A stretch of DNA of 64,000 bases from Octopus sinensis (taxonomy: Eukaryota), in assembly GCF_006345805.1 (NCBI RefSeq), contig NC_043005.1:102238001-102302000 (forward strand), given 5' to 3'. Position 1 is the first letter of the stretch, and each line of letters starts with the position of its first letter. This document shows positions 24,202 to 38,687 of this stretch, piece after piece. The notes below the pieces were generated by a model. It was not told where the DNA came from. It saw nothing but the letters and a program-made list of their open reading frames with translations, and did no database searches. A program made the position numbers and the translations under genes.

Positions 24202-24814
24202 AGAGAGAGAGAGAGACAGATGGAGTGAGAGATGGAATGAGAAAAAGAACGACAGACAGAGAAACAGAATTAGAGAGGCTATTTGGCACATGATCACAAG
24301 GTTAGTACAAAGGCTAGAGTTGATAGAAACGACCCTGATTCTTAACACGCATTAATTTTATCGACCATAAAAATGATGAAAGTCAAAAAGCAATCTCAGT
24401 GGGATTTGAACTGAGAAAGTATATTGGCGCAAATAGATACCACACAGCATTGATTACAGCACTCTATCACGTTTGCAACTTCACTGATATTTAGAAATAT
24501 TGGTTTCTCTTATAGATATAAGAGTCAGTACAATGCTTTTCTGTCTCCGCTGCCTCACATGATACGAAGAAATCAGGATTTCTCTTATGAACATGAAGTA
24601 TTGAGTATATATGACTATCAACTCCACTGCATTACTGGTCTCTGTTTTAGAAATAAGGGCACAATGAGGAAGAGAACATCAGTGTCTGAATCGCCCCATC
24701 AGCTGACTGAGGAATATTCTATCAGGCCTGTACAGATTCAAGTGAGAACAGACGTCGGTGGAATTTGAAATAAGAACAAGTTATTAGGCTTAGTTAAATA
24801 ACGATTGGTATTAT

Positions 24815-25216
24815 ATAATCCTTTCTACTCTAGGCACAATGCCCAAAATTTTGGGGGAGGGGACCAGTCGATTAGATCGGCCCCAGAAGGTAATTGGTAC
24901 TGAATGTATCGACCCCGAAAGGATGAAAGGCAAAGTCGACCTCGGCGCAATTTGAACTCGGAACGTAAAGACAGACGAAATATCTATTTCTTTACTACCC
25001 ACAAGGGGCTAAACACAGAGAGGACAAACAAGGACAGACAAACGGATTAAGTCGATAATATTGACCCCAGTGCGTAACTGGTACTTATTTAATCGACCCC
25101 GAAAGGGTGAAAGGCAAAGTCGACATCGGCGGAATTTGAACTCAGAACGTAACGGCAGACAAAATACCGCTAAGCATTTCGCACGGCGTGCTAACGTTAC
25201 AGCCAGCTCGCCACCT
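24815..25216 (-). mobile_element. SINE chain: full family 1 copy joined to a head-less copy with a different 3' tail
   Basis: Junction at 24984/24985. The left unit's tail (ctaggcacaatgcccaaaattttggggg) resembles 34946-35154. Confidence 0.85.
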
Positions 25217-27455
25217 TATTGGTATTGTATGTCATTACACTTGTTCCACCATACAAATCTTTCTCAGCCTGGTATTATCGCGATGGTTTTTCCAACAGAT
25301 ATATGCCAAAGGTAAAGGTGGGATTCGATCAGAGAACCATGTATCAGCAGGAAGAACCTACTAAAGGAATTAGTACAAGTTTTCAAAAGTTCTTTTTGGA
25401 AGTCGCGGTATTGGGCCTACGTATAAGTGAAGTTTATTGATTAAATTATAAAATGTGCACAATACAGCTGCGCTCCTTCTCACACAGGGATATAACAAAG
25501 GAAATTCATGGTAAATTAATTGCTGCTATTTAATTAGAATCGACGCTCGAAATTAACTTATTCAAACCTCCTTTAATCCAAAGTTTTTAAGTTTTAATTA
25601 GAGAATACTTGTTAATATTACTGAAAATTTGTCACGAACTCCTTCGAGCGAAATGATCTGCAATGTCCTTAGATAGCAAACTATTGTACTTCAACTTAAC
25701 ATGGATTTGAACGTTTACAGGCTGAAGCGGTTTTCTTCATTTATATTGTTACTTCATTCTAGAAACTGATCGATATCTCCCATTTCCATTGTCTTAAATT
25801 TTAGAGCGATTTTCTTTCGTTAAACTTAGTGAGTCTAATCTCAAAGCCAATTGCCATTTCTACTAAGGACTTTATTTTCATTAACGCAGATCAGCCGCCA
25901 TTCTATATTTTAGGGACATGCTGGATGACCATTATCTAGTGTCTTCTTTCATTTTATAACACAGTCCGATGTTATATGAGGAAAATATAGCTGCTATCTT
26001 AAGCAGGTGGATCAACCACGTAAGTATTCTTTAGTTGATTTGTTCTAATTTAGGTAATTAGCTGATGACACATTTAACTTTGGCAAAGGTGGAAATATAA
26101 TTTTTTAGTTATGAAGATTTACGAAATTACATTAGGCCGAAGGGATAAAGGATCAGTGTGTCATATTGTTATTTATGTTGTTCTTGTAATAAGCCACAAA
26201 TTATCAACATGACTTATCATTAAAGCTTTCTAACAATGTCCATTACCTTGGTATTCTGCACGTAATTACCCATACTGTGACACACACCAAATCAACCAGT
26301 TCACACTCATATATAGTCCGTATACAAATACAGCACCATATGTTGAATGAAATTAGAGTTGTCTAACATAAGACAAGAGCTGTTAGTCCTTAGATCTTAG
26401 GTGATACGTCGTGATACGTTGCACGTCGATCCTTCGACGACCAATCAATCTGCCTCTGTTTTGCGAAGTATTTTTTCACTCGGTTTCTTTGGATTGCTGC
26501 TGTTATAAATTGGATTATTATTATATATATGTAAAAGATAAAGTTAATATTGAGTGTCTCAACCATCTTCTATTAGCTAGGCTTCTTAACAATTGGCTTT
26601 ATCACTTGAATGGCTATAAACAGGCGATACTAAGAGAGAATCACATCAGTACTTAAAACTTAATTTCATAGTCCAGGTGTATGAAAGATAAAGTTAATAT
26701 CAGTTGCATTTGAATTAAGGACTAACATTCAGAATAAAAAAGAAAGCAATTCGTCCAATCCCCTTATGATATTGCCAAGCGATCAAATCAATAGTTTTTA
26801 CATTTCTCGGAATTACTTAAACAAAGCTGCAAATGCTGTGGTTCATTGTTTCTTATCTATAACGGAAAATGAACTGTAAAAGAAGGAGATCTGCTATTCC
26901 ACTGTTAATCATACACCGTCTCTATTGTTGTCAATTGGTAGATTTATAGAGCTACTACAGTCATACATGAACACACACATATTACCTATATATTTCAGTA
27001 GAATGTTTGTGACAATTTATTGGCTAATAGATCCATTGCTTCTTCGTACGCGTCTATAACAAGCTCATCAAATGCTACTTAAATTCGTGTTAGATATTTT
27101 GCTAACACACTTTAATAGCGAGAGCGAGCATTGGAATAGTTAAATGGTTTTCGTTGTGAATTAGATAACGTGCAACTCCTAACCAGACATTATCGAGTAT
27201 TCCTATGACACACTGGTTTTCCTTGATGGTACTCTGTGGCATAGAAATAGTTATCAGTACACACTGTATCACTGGTTGTTTGAAGTGTGTTGTGCAATTT
27301 CTAAAATGCATGCCTTTATCTTATTGGGACAAATGTGGAAATTTCCACGGTTTTATTCTCTATGTACCTTCTGGTGGTAAACACAGCGGAAATGATCTGC
27401 AAGAGGTTTAGATAAAGAATTGCACAAGTCCGTTTCAACTGTTCAAATTGCAAAC

Positions 27456-27677
27456 ACGACAGTATTTACAGCGGACAAGTATATGCTTAATGTTATTATA
27501 GTTTAACCCTTGGAGAACACTGGATTAATATATAGCGAATATGTGGTTTTAATTTTTAAGAAGTTAGGAAATAACTCGATGGAGTTTGATTAACCTATCT
27601 CGAAAAGATTGGCTGAACGTGCAGCGCCACCTTCCCTACTTCTGTTGGTAAAGTTTGATAACCAAGAGCGTGTGTGT
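27456..27677 (+). repeat. ~220-bp dispersed direct repeat, copy 1
   Basis: Roughly 90% identical by eye to 29650-29871. Confidence 0.88.
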
Positions 27678-27742
27678 GGCTATCTGGGTTCGGATGTGAT
27701 TTAGGTATATCTTGCATATTTATGAGTATGTATTGTATGTAT

Positions 27743-28100
27743 GGTGGAGGCGCAATGGCCCAGTGGTTAGGGCAGCGACCTCGCGGTCGTAGGATCGCGG
27801 TTTCGATTCCCAGACCGGGCGTTGTGAGTGTTTATTGAGCGAAAACACCTAAAGCTCCACGAGGCTCTGACAGGGATGGTGGTGATCCCTGCTGTACTCT
27901 TTCACCACAACCTTCTCTCACTCTTACTTCCTGTTTCTGTTGTACCTGTATTTCAAAGGGCCGGCCTTGTCACTCTCTGTGTCACGCTGAATATCCCCGA
28001 GAAATACGTTAAGGGTACACGTGTCTGTGGAGTGCTCAGCCACTTACACGTTAATTTCGCGACGGAACCCTCGTCGTCGTAACCGATGGAGTGCTTCCAC
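27743..28100 (+). mobile_element. tRNA-derived SINE family 2
   Basis: A box tggcccagtgg and B box gtttcgattcc. Shares its head with 42052-42400. Confidence 0.85.
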
Positions 28101-29077
28101 ATCGTATGTATGTGTCTGTCTAACCTTTTCTCTTTCTCTCTCTCTTTCATCTGAGTGTGAGCGAGTGTGAGTGTGGGTAGGTGTGCGTTGCGCGCGTGCA
28201 TGGATAAATGAATGTGTGATTACGAGTGTATGTCTGCAGGAAATAAATTCTTTCGCCATTTAACTTTTATCTAAATTGTATTTGAATCTCAAAGAAATTC
28301 TATACACCGAAATTCTCCTCTATTTAAAGGCACTGCTCCTGATTACTTTTTTTTTACCAAACATAAAGTAACTACGTTCACTAAGGTGAATACGACCGTT
28401 TATAATTTGAAGAATCATGTTCTCAAAAAAAAAAAAAAAAAAAAACAGAGAGTCTTAGAGATTTAGAGGATATGAACGCTCAGCCTCTTAGTTTCTTCTT
28501 TATGCCAGCCGCACATTCAGATGGCATAATGTAAATATTACGATTTCCTTTATGTTGTGAAAAGGTTACACCAACAGAAAAAAAAAAAACATTAAAAAAT
28601 CTCCGTGAGATATAGGAGTTTTCCATATTGATCGCCTTTGTAAAATCACTTCTAAGATAGGAACATTTGTGAATAAATTTAGAGCTGCAAAAAATGTGTA
28701 ACATGAGTTGACTGACAAGGAAAACAATACAGGTAGAAAAAATATAAAGGAAATACCTATGCTATCTGAAAATAAATATTGTATTGTTTCATATCATTGA
28801 CTCCATACAAAATGCTGCTTTTGTTTTGCTCAGCAGAATTTTATTTCTTTTTACTTTTATTTTGTATATCTGAATCTAGTTACTCTAAAATAATATTTGT
28901 ATTTATTTCAGTGGTAGTGACAGACGATAACATAGAGTTCAGTAAAATGGCAAGAAGATTGTATTCTGATTACAGCATATCTGGATATTTAGATGGAACC
29001 AATCTGAGAAACTCGTATACAGGGACGTTCTACAAATACTTCCTCCCTCTTCACTTTCTCGCTCATCCGTTCTATAT

Positions 29078-29114
<37 letters not shown>

Positions 29115-29122
29115 GTATACAT

Positions 29123-29244
<122 letters not shown>

Positions 29245-29429
29245 CTGTCTCGCTCTATACTAAATATGCGCCAGTATTTTCTTTTAATTTCCTGTTAATA
29301 TATCGTATTTCTGTTTGTATGACTTAATCTTGAGAGAAGGGAGAGCACTCGTAATTTGTCAAAACACTCTCTGTACTGGAAAGATTGATTCATCTGACAC
29401 TCTGTTTGTACTTTTGTAAAACAAATCTA

Positions 29430-30007
29430 ATCGTGACGGAAACGTTTTTCCTCGCCTCAACACTACAAACTGAATTAACTATTCTGAACCATTCAGTGGT
29501 GATAAACCGCATCGTGCGAGGTGCATATCCACTCTTTCATTGCTCTTTAACTATGATCTTCTCTTTCGACATCGTCAAAGCTTTCAACGCTCTCTGTCGC
29601 TTTCATATACTGGCAAAACTGCCTGTTTACAGATTTTGTCTCTTTAGATACGACAGTGTTTACAGCGGACAAGTATATGCTTAATGTTATTATAGTTTAA
29701 CCCTTGGCGAATACTGGATTAATATATAGCGAATATGTGGTTTCAATTTTTGAGAAGTTAGGAAATAAGTCGATGGAGTTTGTTTAACCTATCTCGAACA
29801 GATTGGCTGAACGTGCAACGACGCCTTCCCAGCTTCTGTTGGTAAAGTTTGATAATAAAGAGCGTGTGTGTGATTTTATCTTTTTACTATAAAATCGCAC
29901 CATTGTGTCATGTACAGACGATGTTCTCTCTCTTTCTCTGTCTCTCTCTCTCTCACTTATTCTCTCTCACTCCTCCTGCCTCCTGTTCGCTTTTTCCCCT
30001 GTTTCGC

Positions 30008-30044
<37 letters not shown>

Positions 30045-30600
30045 ACTTTCTCACACTCTATCACCTGTATTCATACAATTCCGGCGTGCTTCAATGTTCG
30101 TTTTTGATTCTGCACTCTTTCTTCTTTACATCAAAAACCTCCCACTCGTCACGTCCAGTAACGTACAGTTCTACACTAATGGTACTGTCATTAATTACTT
30201 TAAATTTTCACTCCCAAAACATCATCTCCATGCACCCTAAGAAGCTCTGAGATATTTCCAAGAAGAGAGATTCCGACCAATATTATCTTCAATAACAAAA
30301 ATAATTCAGTCACTTTCCATATTATTCCGGTCTTAAAAATGTATCTACTCTTTTCTTTCAAATACAGACAGAATGCTACAGTGTCTCAGCATTCTCGAAC
30401 ATTCCTCCTCAAGAATGACCATTCTAAGAATAACTAATACTTCACCATTACTGGTCTTTATATCTAGTAAGTGAAAATACTCAATTCCTCCATCAATGAC
30501 TAATAATTTACAATGCTCAGGTAAGTTCCCTAATGGGATTTTGCTCTCACATATGGTAGATGCTGCTGCTACGGCCCCAGGACCATGCATTGCAATCAAG
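29430..30600 (+). pseudogene. Highly decayed CR1/L2-group RT remnant, interrupted by the 220-bp repeat and (CT)n
   Basis: FDIVKAFN..LAKLP (motif DxxKAFD), NSGVLQCS (GVPQGS) and FLLYIKNLPLVTSSNVQFYTNGTVI (FxxYINDL..YADD) occur in the correct order. Confidence 0.65.
29650..29871 (+). repeat. ~220-bp dispersed direct repeat, copy 2
   Basis: See 27456-27677. Confidence 0.88.
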
Positions 30601-30927
30601 GTAAAGCCATTTAACCGATTGTTATAGTCTTTCTCTCTTTCGATCCACAGACTGACTACTCTCTCTCTCTCTCTCTCTTTCTCTCTGATTATTTGGCATA
30701 TATCCAGGCATCTGTTCTAGCAACGTTGTTAGTGATAAGCTAGTTCATCTAGGTTCATTCGACTAACATATGTCTCCACATCTCTTCACTTGTATTAGGT
30801 TCACCACTGCAACGTCCCTTCTCACAATTACACAAGCACTTTTCTTCCAAGATCCTTGATCCTCTTAAATTTGCACTTGACAAATTTTTCTTTTATTTCC
30901 ATTGTAAGTTCGGAATAGAATACTCAT

Positions 30928-31166
30928 TTACTCTTTTACTCTTTTACTGTTTTACTGCTTTACTTGTTTCAGTCATTTGACTGTGGCCATGCTGGGGCAC
31001 CACCTTTAGTCGAGCAAATCGACCCCAGGACAAATTCTTTGTAAGCCTAATACTTATTATATCGGTCTCTTTTGCCGAGCCGCTAAGTTACGGGGACGTA
31101 AACACACCAGCATCGGTTGTCAAGTGATGTTGGGGGCACAAACACAGACACACACACATATAGACA

Positions 31167-31208
<42 letters not shown>

Positions 31209-31367
31209 CATATATACGACGGGCCTTTTTTAGTGTCCGTCTACCAAATCCACTCATAAGGCTTTGGTAGGCATGAGGCTATAGTACAAAACACTTGCCC
31301 TAGGTGCCACGCAGTGGGACTGAACCCGTAACCATGTGGTTGGTAAGCAAGCTACTTACCACACAGC
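30928..31367 (-). mobile_element. tRNA-derived SINE family 3 with internal (TA/CA)n
   Basis: Minus-strand head gctgtgtggtaagtagcttgc...gggttcagtcccac and a CORE-like ggcacc-gggcaagtg segment. Short-repeat tail. Confidence 0.8.
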
Positions 31368-32550
31368 AGCTTGCTTACCAACTGAGGAACATCATAACCG
31401 AATGCTGATTTATTTATATGCATACAATTATGTGTATGTATATCCACACAAACACACAGACACACAGGCACACAGACACACACCAATAGGCAACAGGGGG
31501 CTCAATACAAAATCAAAAGAATGAAAGTGCAAGTATTCAATGAAGTAGATTCTGAGAAACTAGGTTTCCATTGAATGAAAAATGTCGCCGGTGAAGTGTA
31601 ATAATATTCTTTTAAGATCATAGTATACTCAAACATTCAGAACGCCTCGGTAAAGTCTTGTCTATTATCTCAATACATCACTTGCATGTATGTGTGTGTG
31701 TGTGTGGATGAGTGCGTGCATGTGTGTATGTGTACGTGTGTCTATACTCACAGGTACACGCTCATACACATGGATGTATATGTAAGTACATATTTTTATT
31801 CTTCCCAGTTTTGACCGCCCAATCGAGCTTAAATGTATAAATTTGATGGACAAGATTTGGAACCAATCTTTCGCACATGGAGCAGCCATATTGACGGAAT
31901 GAATACGGTAGGTGCGTTTTATTAAAGCCTCATTCATAGTCACCACCCAACATAAAATACAGACAGGGACTAACAATTCATCAGCTTGTAGCTAATTAAT
32001 ACGAAGTACTTACTTTATCTTCATTCGATCTACTGACATTTCGATCAAAAACAAAATACTGAGTTGATTCGCCAAACTATGGACTTAACAGACCGTCACA
32101 CTAAGCAAATCGTATGGTTACGATATATGCAGTTCTGAAGAACATCAAATTTAGCACACACACACGCACACACACGCGAACACTCCCACACACACACAAC
32201 GCGCATACACATGAAAAGCAAAAAGAAAATGTGGGGAAAATAGTGAATTCATCCTACGGTTAAAATCTAGTTCAAGTGGAATTTATACAGAAAGATTTGA
32301 AAGCACAATTTCACGTATCTTTTTCTAATATTTACAGAGTGTATATGAGTAGTTAGAGAATGGAATTTAGTTTTATGTTTAGCATTCAAACAAAAGAGAA
32401 TCTGAAATTCGGAATCTGAAACTAAGCCAACATTTGATAAGAGATCAGCACCGATGATAATAAATACATGGTCGATGAGAGAAAAATAATAGTGAAATAG
32501 TGAAAGAATGAGACACAGGCACAGAGAAATAGGAGCAATGAGTGATAGAT

Positions 32551-32610
<60 letters not shown>

Positions 32611-33554
32611 TATAGGAAGTAGACAGGGAGATAGAATAAGGAAGGAAACAACGTGATATAAAGCTTTTGAGACTAAAGCAATCCATCCATTGCGCACTTA
32701 AAAAATTACTACTTGTACGAGTGTCCTCTCCCTGAATGTTTAATAATGGAGCATAAACATATGATAAATTCTATCGTTCTCTTTTCTTTCTTTTTTTGTC
32801 TCCTTATCTCTTTTCCCTCTTGCTTGCTTCCTTTCCCTTGTTTTCCCTTGTACCATGCGAAGATTTGTGTCAATAAAGCGCAATTTATTCTCCATTGGTA
32901 AATACACCATATACTTGCAATGCGAAAATGAAAGCTTACAGATGGACAAAGATTGACGTTCAACACGTGTTATTCAACAATAATTACATTTGCTTTGGTC
33001 AGGAAACATTAATTACTGATTGTTTGGATAGATGGACACTTCAAAGAGAATAGACGTCGCCATTTTGGCTTCATTTTATGGAAACTATTTTACTTCTATC
33101 AATAGTACATATATATATATATATATACATGTACGTATGTACATATATATATGTATGTATGCATGGATACATACATAAAAATACATACATACATACATAT
33201 ATATACACACATATATATGTGAGTGTGTTTGTGTGTACACATATATAGGTCTATATATATATATATATCCCTTTACATCTGTATATAGGCATACATATAT
33301 ATCTATATATATTTACATAAGCATATATAGATATATGTATTATATATGCACGTACGTTTGCATATATATATATATATATCTAACAGTGCTTAAATGTATC
33401 TATGAATATTTGTTAGTGGTTAATAAAATTATCGAATCACTTTGAAGAGAATCAAATTAAGTAACATGACGATGATAATGTTGATGATGTTAGAAGGATA
33501 GCAACAACAATACAAGAACAACTCTTAGTGGATGCAACACTACTGAAAGCAGCA

Positions 33555-33567
33555 AACAACGAAAATA

Positions 33568-33604
<37 letters not shown>

Positions 33605-33697
33605 CATGATAATAATAATAATAATAATAATCATGATAATAATAATAATAATAATCATGATAATAATGATGATGATGATGATGATAATAATAATAAT
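33555..33697. repeat. (AAT)n/(GAT)n microsatellite with higher-order (aat)n-catgat units
   Basis: Direct reading. Confidence 0.92.
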
Positions 33698-33828
33698 CGT
33701 CCTTTGTATTGTTTTGCTATGGGAACCCTTGCATACATTTAAGGAATTGTGAGGAAATGAGAAACAAAATTCTAGGTATGTATATATATATGTGTGACTG
33801 TGTGTGTGTGTTTATGTGCGTGTGCTTA

Positions 33829-33862
<34 letters not shown>

Positions 33863-34454
33863 CGAGTGTGTCTGTATATACATACTTATATAAAAAGAGG
33901 CGTTCGGCTAGAATATCATACGATATATTGTTAATATTGTAAGTTTTTTTTTCAATTTGTAAAAGACGTTAGACGCACAGATAGATACAAAGTTAGAAAT
34001 ATAAAAAAAACAACAACACATATATGTAAAATAAAACAAAGATGAGTAACATGATAAAACCCTACTCATGTACTACTCAAGAAGCGTATGCTCCATATAC
34101 TCAGACCTGAATGCATTTAATGGAGAAAGTCATGCGTTAAATTCAGAGAGAAGCATCCCATGTCCTCTTGAAGATTTAGTCTTCTCAAAGCGCATGTACC
34201 GTATCCTTTATATTTCTCGTTGTCTTCTTGTGCATCGTTTAAATCGGCCATCAGTTGCTAGACGACCACTTGAAGAATTGTAAACTTTTTTAAAGTACAA
34301 ACAGGAGATGCGATCCCTCTCCTATATTTTACTTGCTTTCTACCACCTTCACTTTACACTAGGGTCTCATTTTTCTTCTCATAATGTGTTAACTAATGCG
34401 ATGAAAAGTTATCCAACACATACCATATTACCCGACATTTCTCCTCCTTCTCTT

Positions 34455-34583
<129 letters not shown>

Positions 34584-34945
34584 TGTGTGTGTATTCATAT
34601 ATATAAGAACAACCGCAAACGTGCGCATGATGTACAGGAAAAGGACACATCACCTCACAATGTATTACATATTTAGTCTTAATAATTGTTACTCTTAAAA
34701 CTGTTTGAAGTTTGTGATATAATTTGTGAATTATTATTTTTTGCTTCGATATAATTTATTATATACAGTAAAATAATAGACGAAAAGCTTAAATTCTTAT
34801 GTAAGTAAATGAGCACAGTTGGCTGTAGAGGTGTTAATGTATGTAATTTCGCTAATATGCTCCTAATTATTCCTTTATGAATTTTGAATAAAATATATAT
34901 GCATCGCTATTAATAGTAATACACAACATGAAGCAAATACATCTA

Positions 34946-35154
34946 ATATTGATTTCGAGTTTTGGCACAATGCCAGCAATTTTGGGGTGAGGGTAAGTCG
35001 GTTAGATTGACCCCAGTGTTCAACTCGTATTTATTTTAACGATCCCGAAAGGATGAAAAGCGAAGTCGACCGCGGCGGATTTGAACTCAGAACGCTAAGA
35101 CGAAATGCTGTTAAGCATTTCCTCGGTGTGGTAACGATTCTGCCAGTTCGCCGC
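34946..35154 (-). mobile_element. SINE family 1 variant (alternative tail), diverged
   Basis: Shares gaaaggatgaaa..gtcgac..ggatttgaactcagaac and the head with family 1. Confidence 0.8.
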
Positions 35155-35158
35155 TCTG

Positions 35159-35402
35159 ATTACATCTAATACGCCATAAAATATCTACGTTATATTTCAA
35201 ATAACTATATCTCTCTTCGTTGATGTAAACCAGTTGGAATTTTCCTTACGTCGCATATGTCATACAATATCTATGTTATATTTGAAACAACTGTGTCTCT
35301 TCGGTTCCATTTGGAAACTCAGTTACATCTAATACGTCATATAACATCTACGTTATATTTCAAACAACCGTGTTTCTCTTCGGTGATGTAAACCAGTTGG
35401 AA
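35159..35402 (+). repeat. Imperfect tandem repeat of ~80-90-bp units
   Basis: ttacatctaatacg..tctacgttatatttcaaa..gatgtaaaccagttggaa occurs twice, with a partial third unit between. Confidence 0.75.
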
Positions 35403-36122
35403 CCTCTGTTTGACAAGCAATATAGGTCTATCATTCACGGCGGTTAGTGATCTGTCTTGCTAACGAGTGTGCATGTTCACTCTGAGTATGTATCATAGCG
35501 AAAGTTTGAGATACAATTCCTTCAAATGAAAACTATTATAACTTTTCTAAGACAAAACTGTTCGTGTCAATAACACTAAAATGTCCCTGGTCATAAAACA
35601 GGTCTAAAAATACTGAAGTGAAATACTAAGTGAAACACAATGAAATTTAATCAAAATATACTACGAAAGACCTACTAACTCATAATATACATTACTTAGG
35701 TAAGAGTGAAACCTTAAGAAGCCAGTGTAATAATATATATTTACTAGTTATATAAGACTACTACCATTTTCCTGAGTATAATATGAACTTTTCAGAAAAT
35801 AGTTTATATATATATATAATATGTATTTGTAACGAACATGACATATACACGAATACACATTTATATGTACACATCTATAGTTAAATATTAATATGCATAT
35901 ATGAGTTTGATATTTACAAACTATGAGCTTGACATACAGAAGCAGAATGGTGAGAATGTGCACACGTGTTGAAATAGTTGTATATAGATAGGCTTCGTAA
36001 AACTCTGGCAAAATGTTATTACCAGGATCTATCCAAAACGAAAAACTATATTACTACAATCATCTCAGTCTAAGATAAGAAACACGGGAAATGAGATATT
36101 ACATACACATAAACACAGACAC

Positions 36123-36157
<35 letters not shown>

Positions 36158-37109
36158 TGTTGTATGTATGTATAATAGGAAAAGACAAAATATTTGTACA
36201 ATTTGCAATAACTTAACGAGAATAAATTAGAGCAAAACGTGCCTAACAATGCCTACCATACACAAAAGTGTCTAAGTGTATGAGAATGTTGAGTAAAATA
36301 TATAAACGATTATAATGAAATTTAGCTTAATGTCGACCTGACAACAAGGTAATTCCAGCCACAAATTTAGGAAAATCTGAAGATAAAATTTAAGCCAGGG
36401 AGTGTAAGATACGTTGTTGTTGCTGTTGGCAGAATCGTTTGAGCGCCCGAAAAATGCATTGTGGGATTTCTTCCGACACATAAGTTTATCATTTCAAATT
36501 CCACCAAGGTTGGCTGTTTTCCATTATACTGTAATCCTTTTCAAATATCCTTCATCCGCATGTAACCTAGATCCCCAAAACACTAACCCGCACCACTCCA
36601 TGAATAGAGACCATGAAACTACTAAATTCGAAGAAAACACGAAAGCTACTTTTATCTAGAAAATATAATCGGACAAAACACTGCTTATCTTTAACAGCAA
36701 ACAACAAAGAAGAAATGTATATTTTGGCGTGTTTACTTTGCGAAATTGTACGAGATACGTTACAGGAAGTTTCAGAATTTCTAAACAGAAGCAGTTACAG
36801 CGGGCCTAGATTATTGTAATGTTAGCATGTCATTACTTTGCTTTTGATAAGCTGACCTGCCAAAATTGTTCCTTTTCTTTTATTCATGAGTGATGAAATC
36901 TGTTGTAACAACACTTTGAATACACCCTACTTCACAATGTTTGCCGGGTGACTAGTTTGCAGAAATTAGTCGGGATATGCAATTGCTACGCAATAACATT
37001 TAAAGTGGGCATATATATATATGTATATATATATATATACATATATATAATATATATATATATATATTATATATATATTATATATATATGTATAAATATA
37101 AGTATGTAT

Positions 37110-37316
37110 GTGACCGCCTGTGTACCGTTGGCGATTTTTTCCTCCGACTTCCCTTCTTTGGATCTTACCTTTTCCTATGTTTCTGACGAAGAGTTCCGCT
37201 CGAAACGTTAAACACTCCTTCTTTCCTTCTTTCCTGAGCGTCCAATAACACTATACTTGTTCCATGCCCTCGTGTTGTTGTGTTTTCTCTTGTGTTTTCA
37301 TGTTTGGATTAACTAT
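37110..37316 (+). mobile_element. Penelope-like tail fragment between (TA)n tracts
   Basis: Contains a minimal hammerhead. Its 3' end catgtttggattaac-tatata recurs near 18640. Confidence 0.65.
37178..37214 (+). ncRNA. Minimal type I hammerhead ribozyme
   Basis: tgttt-CTGACGA-A-GAG-ttccg-CTC-GAA-ACGT-T-aaaca, with a palindromic ACGT stem III. Confidence 0.78.
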
Positions 37317-37356
37317 ATATATATATTATATATGTATGTGTGTGTGTATACATATC

Positions 37357-37419
<63 letters not shown>

Positions 37420-37423
37420 CTAT

Positions 37424-37483
<60 letters not shown>

Positions 37484-38414
37484 AGATGTGTGTATGTATA
37501 TCTGTGTAAATATATATATGCATGAGTGTGCGCGCGCGCATGTACCTGTGTGTGTGTGTATTTTGTATGTGTGTATGATGTGAGTTGTTGGGTGCTCTGA
37601 AAGATCCCGATACCTATTTTCTCCCGCTAATCTCTGGAGGAATCAATTTTATTTCTAATCGCTTTCTTTTCCATTCAATTATTCAAGTTTTTAAAATGTG
37701 AAATAAATAACTCGCGTTGTATTAACTCCAGATTTCGCTAACATATCATATCACCAAAGCATTCGAGGGGGTGTTACGATCAGAAGAACAGCCTTCCCAG
37801 TAAGATATTTCAGATTCGATAACATCATGCTGCTGAAGATAGTCAACAAGCGTAAGGCATTTTTTCATCCCCAAAATCTGAGACCATCACCTACCTTGCT
37901 GGTGAAATGACTTAAGCCTTCTTTGGAGCAGTTGAGAAATGTTTCCAATGAATCGATTGTCACCTTGTTCCTGCACAAGTGATGAACCCAACACTCATAC
38001 GGTCTTGTGTGTGACACTGCACATATGTAAGCATACCTATACCCAGTTAAACATATACTTTTTTACATCGAGTGACGTATATTTGAGTCGCAAAACTTAA
38101 CGATTGAGATTTCCTGCTTCAGGAATCCTGCGGAAAATAAGACTCAGCGCCATCCATCAGTCGACTAGGTATTTACTATGGAATAACACATTGTACAACA
38201 GTAGTTTTATGTGATTCTTTTCTCCTGTACAAATTCTATTTTTATATGTGCATAGGAGGAACGAATGACGTCTACGTGATTTTGAATATTCGCATCTTAT
38301 TGTAACAATACAGTTGTTAAATATAGTAAAATGGAGTAAGATTAAACACAGACATTTATATTCGCATAAACCTGCACATACACATGCACACACAGATACA
38401 CCACATTCACAAGC

Positions 38415-38458
<44 letters not shown>

Positions 38459-38653
38459 AGCATGTATGCATTATGTATCTATGGAAGCATATATACATAT
38501 ATCCATAAATTCGTATGCACAAACACTACACATACACATATATACGCAATACACATATATGTTTACTCATGCTCATACACAGATACAATATTGCATATAT
38601 AGACACCTGTATATATACGTGTGTGCGTTGTGAATGTGCGCGTATGAGCGTGT

Positions 38654-38687
<34 letters not shown>

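Noticed and set aside
26062-26105. CTGATGA...GAAA hammerhead-like match
   Set aside because: Reversed C-G closing pair, weak stems I and III, and no repeat context; probably chance.
27743-27820. tRNA gene call for the SINE heads (also 42052 and 31300-31367)
   Set aside because: A/B boxes are present but there is no complete cloverleaf, and each head continues into a shared SINE body.
28912-29040. Peptide [20 protein letters not shown], loosely like a fucosyltransferase ATDD motif
   Set aside because: Similarity is too slight, there is no convincing splice donor, and there are no supporting neighbouring exons.
30345-30599. Protein-looking minus-strand ORF MIAMHGPGAVAAAST...
   Set aside because: It lies antisense to the 3' part of the decayed LINE remnant and has no recognisable domain.
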